Part shown: positions 38,101 to 38,919 of the stretch, in pieces | How positions within the stretch are numbered: position 1 is the stretch's first letter | How the letters are laid out: each line of letters starts with the position of its first letter | Assembly: GCA_045119135.1 (NCBI GenBank) | Contig: JBGVCY010000130.1 | Span: 1-38,919 of the forward strand | Direction of reading: 5' to 3' | Origin: Eubacteriales bacterium | GTDB lineage: Bacteria > Bacillota > Clostridia > Oscillospirales > CAG-272 | DNA: 38,919 bases | Program-made: the position numbers and the translations under genes | Notes under the pieces: generated by a model | What the model was told of the DNA's origin: nothing | Seen by the model: only the letters and a program-made list of their open reading frames with translations | The model's database searches: none

Positions 38101-38777
38101 TGCTTGCCGAGAAGGATTACCTGTCGAAGAAGTCGGTATGGCTCTTCGGTGGTGACGGCTGGGCATACGACATCGGCTTCGGCGGTCTTGACCACGTGCT
38201 GGCATCGGGCGAGGATCTCAATATCTTCGTATTCGATACCGAGGTCTACTCCAACACCGGCGGTCAGGCATCCAAGGCTTCCAACATCGGTCAGGTGGCA
38301 CAGTTCGCCGCCGCAGGTAAGGCAATCGGTAAGAAGAACCTTGCCGAGATTGCCATGTCCTATGGCTACGTTTACGTGGCACAGGTCGCTATGGGCGCCA
38401 ATATGAATCAGCTGATGAAGGCAATCACCGAGGCTGAGGCATACCCCGGACCTTCCCTTATCATCGGCTACGCTCCCTGCGAGATGCACGGCATCAAGAA
38501 GGGCGGTATGCAGAACAGCCAGCTTGAGATGAAGAAGGCGGTGGAAGCAGGCTATTGGAACCTCTTCCGTTACAACCCCACCCTTCCCGAGAACAAGCTG
38601 ATCATCGACAGCGGCGATCCCACTGCCGATTACCAGAGCTTCCTTGCCAACGAGGCGCGCTATGCACGCCTGGCACAGTCCTTCCCCGAGCGCGCGAAGG
38701 TGCTGTTCGAGAAGGCAGAGGAAAATGCCAAGGCTCGTTACGAGAGACTGAAAAAGATGGGCAAGCTCTACGAGTAA
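35163..38777 (+). CDS. nifJ: Pyruvate:ferredoxin (flavodoxin) oxidoreductase, single-chain NifJ/PFOR type
   Basis: 1204 aa with [27 protein letters not shown] N-terminus, two 4Fe-4S ferredoxin motifs ([26 protein letters not shown]) and the TPP-binding [10 protein letters not shown]. ATG 35163 with a GGGAGG RBS (35148-35153) is preferred over the track start at 35118. Confidence 0.93.
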   Translation: [1204 protein letters not shown]

Positions 38778-38855
38778 GACGGACGTATTTTGGCAAGACC
38801 AAAACGCGCACGCAAGACAAGTTTTCTGTGCGGCAAAGACCGTGTAGAGAATTGA

Positions 38856-38893
38856 AAAAACAGCGGGGATTTTACCCGCTGTTTTTATTTTTT
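38856..38893 (+). terminator. Intrinsic terminator of the PFOR gene
   Basis: AAAAACAGCGGG (38856-38867) pairs with CCCGCTGTTTTT (38875-38886), followed by the T-rich run TTTTTATTTTTT. Confidence 0.85.
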
Positions 38894-38919
38894 GCGCGTT
38901 TTTACCGCACATCGCGCGG

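Noticed and set aside
38801-38911. Complementary 10-11-mers flanking the PFOR terminator (AAAACGCGCA/TGCGCGTTTT and TGTGCGGCAAA/TTACCGCACA)
   Set aside because: The pairs are ordered A-B-terminator-A'-B', which is not nested, so they cannot form one simple stem. The window ends at 38919, so the context is incomplete.
35061-38912. 1283-aa minus-strand ORF covering the whole PFOR gene
   Set aside because: It is an antisense shadow ORF that runs through the PFOR terminator and promoter. PFOR motifs (4Fe-4S, TPP) are on the + strand.

Overview
This is a high-GC Firmicutes/Clostridia-type core-genome segment; an Oscillospiraceae/Ruminococcaceae-like origin is only an inference from gene content and repeat flavour. 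From left to right it contains five blocks. (1) The distal part of a purine operon: purM-purN-purO(IMP cyclohydrolase)-purH(AICARFT-only)-purD-purL-fhs, 4..10293, + strand. (2) A pyrimidine operon: pyrC-carB-pyrK-pyrD-pyrF-pyrE-pyrB, 10596..19146, +. It has a sigma-A-type promoter and a terminator-like leader, and is followed by a lipoprotein gene. (3) A minus-strand block: nfeD-SPFH plus a P-type (Ca2+-type) ATPase. (4) The chromosomal origin region: dnaA-dnaN-recF-remB-gyrB-gyrA, with DnaA-box clusters on both sides of dnaA. (5) A membrane-anchored hypothetical protein and a 1204-aa pyruvate:ferredoxin oxidoreductase. I see no CRISPR array, integrase/transposase, prophage gene, toxin-antitoxin pair or recognisable defence system, so this reads as an ordinary housekeeping region. 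The most unusual items are: a PyrB with only the Zn domain of PyrI fused to its C-terminus; carB without carA; a split PurO/PurH arrangement; a possible translation-coupled attenuator in the pyr leader; a ~118-nt composite inverted repeat made of GGGGAAG hairpins; a bipartite oriC with six perfect TTTTCCACA boxes; and 15 of 18 genes left of dnaA transcribed toward the origin. The many long antisense ORFs in the track are shadow ORFs of a GC3-rich genome.
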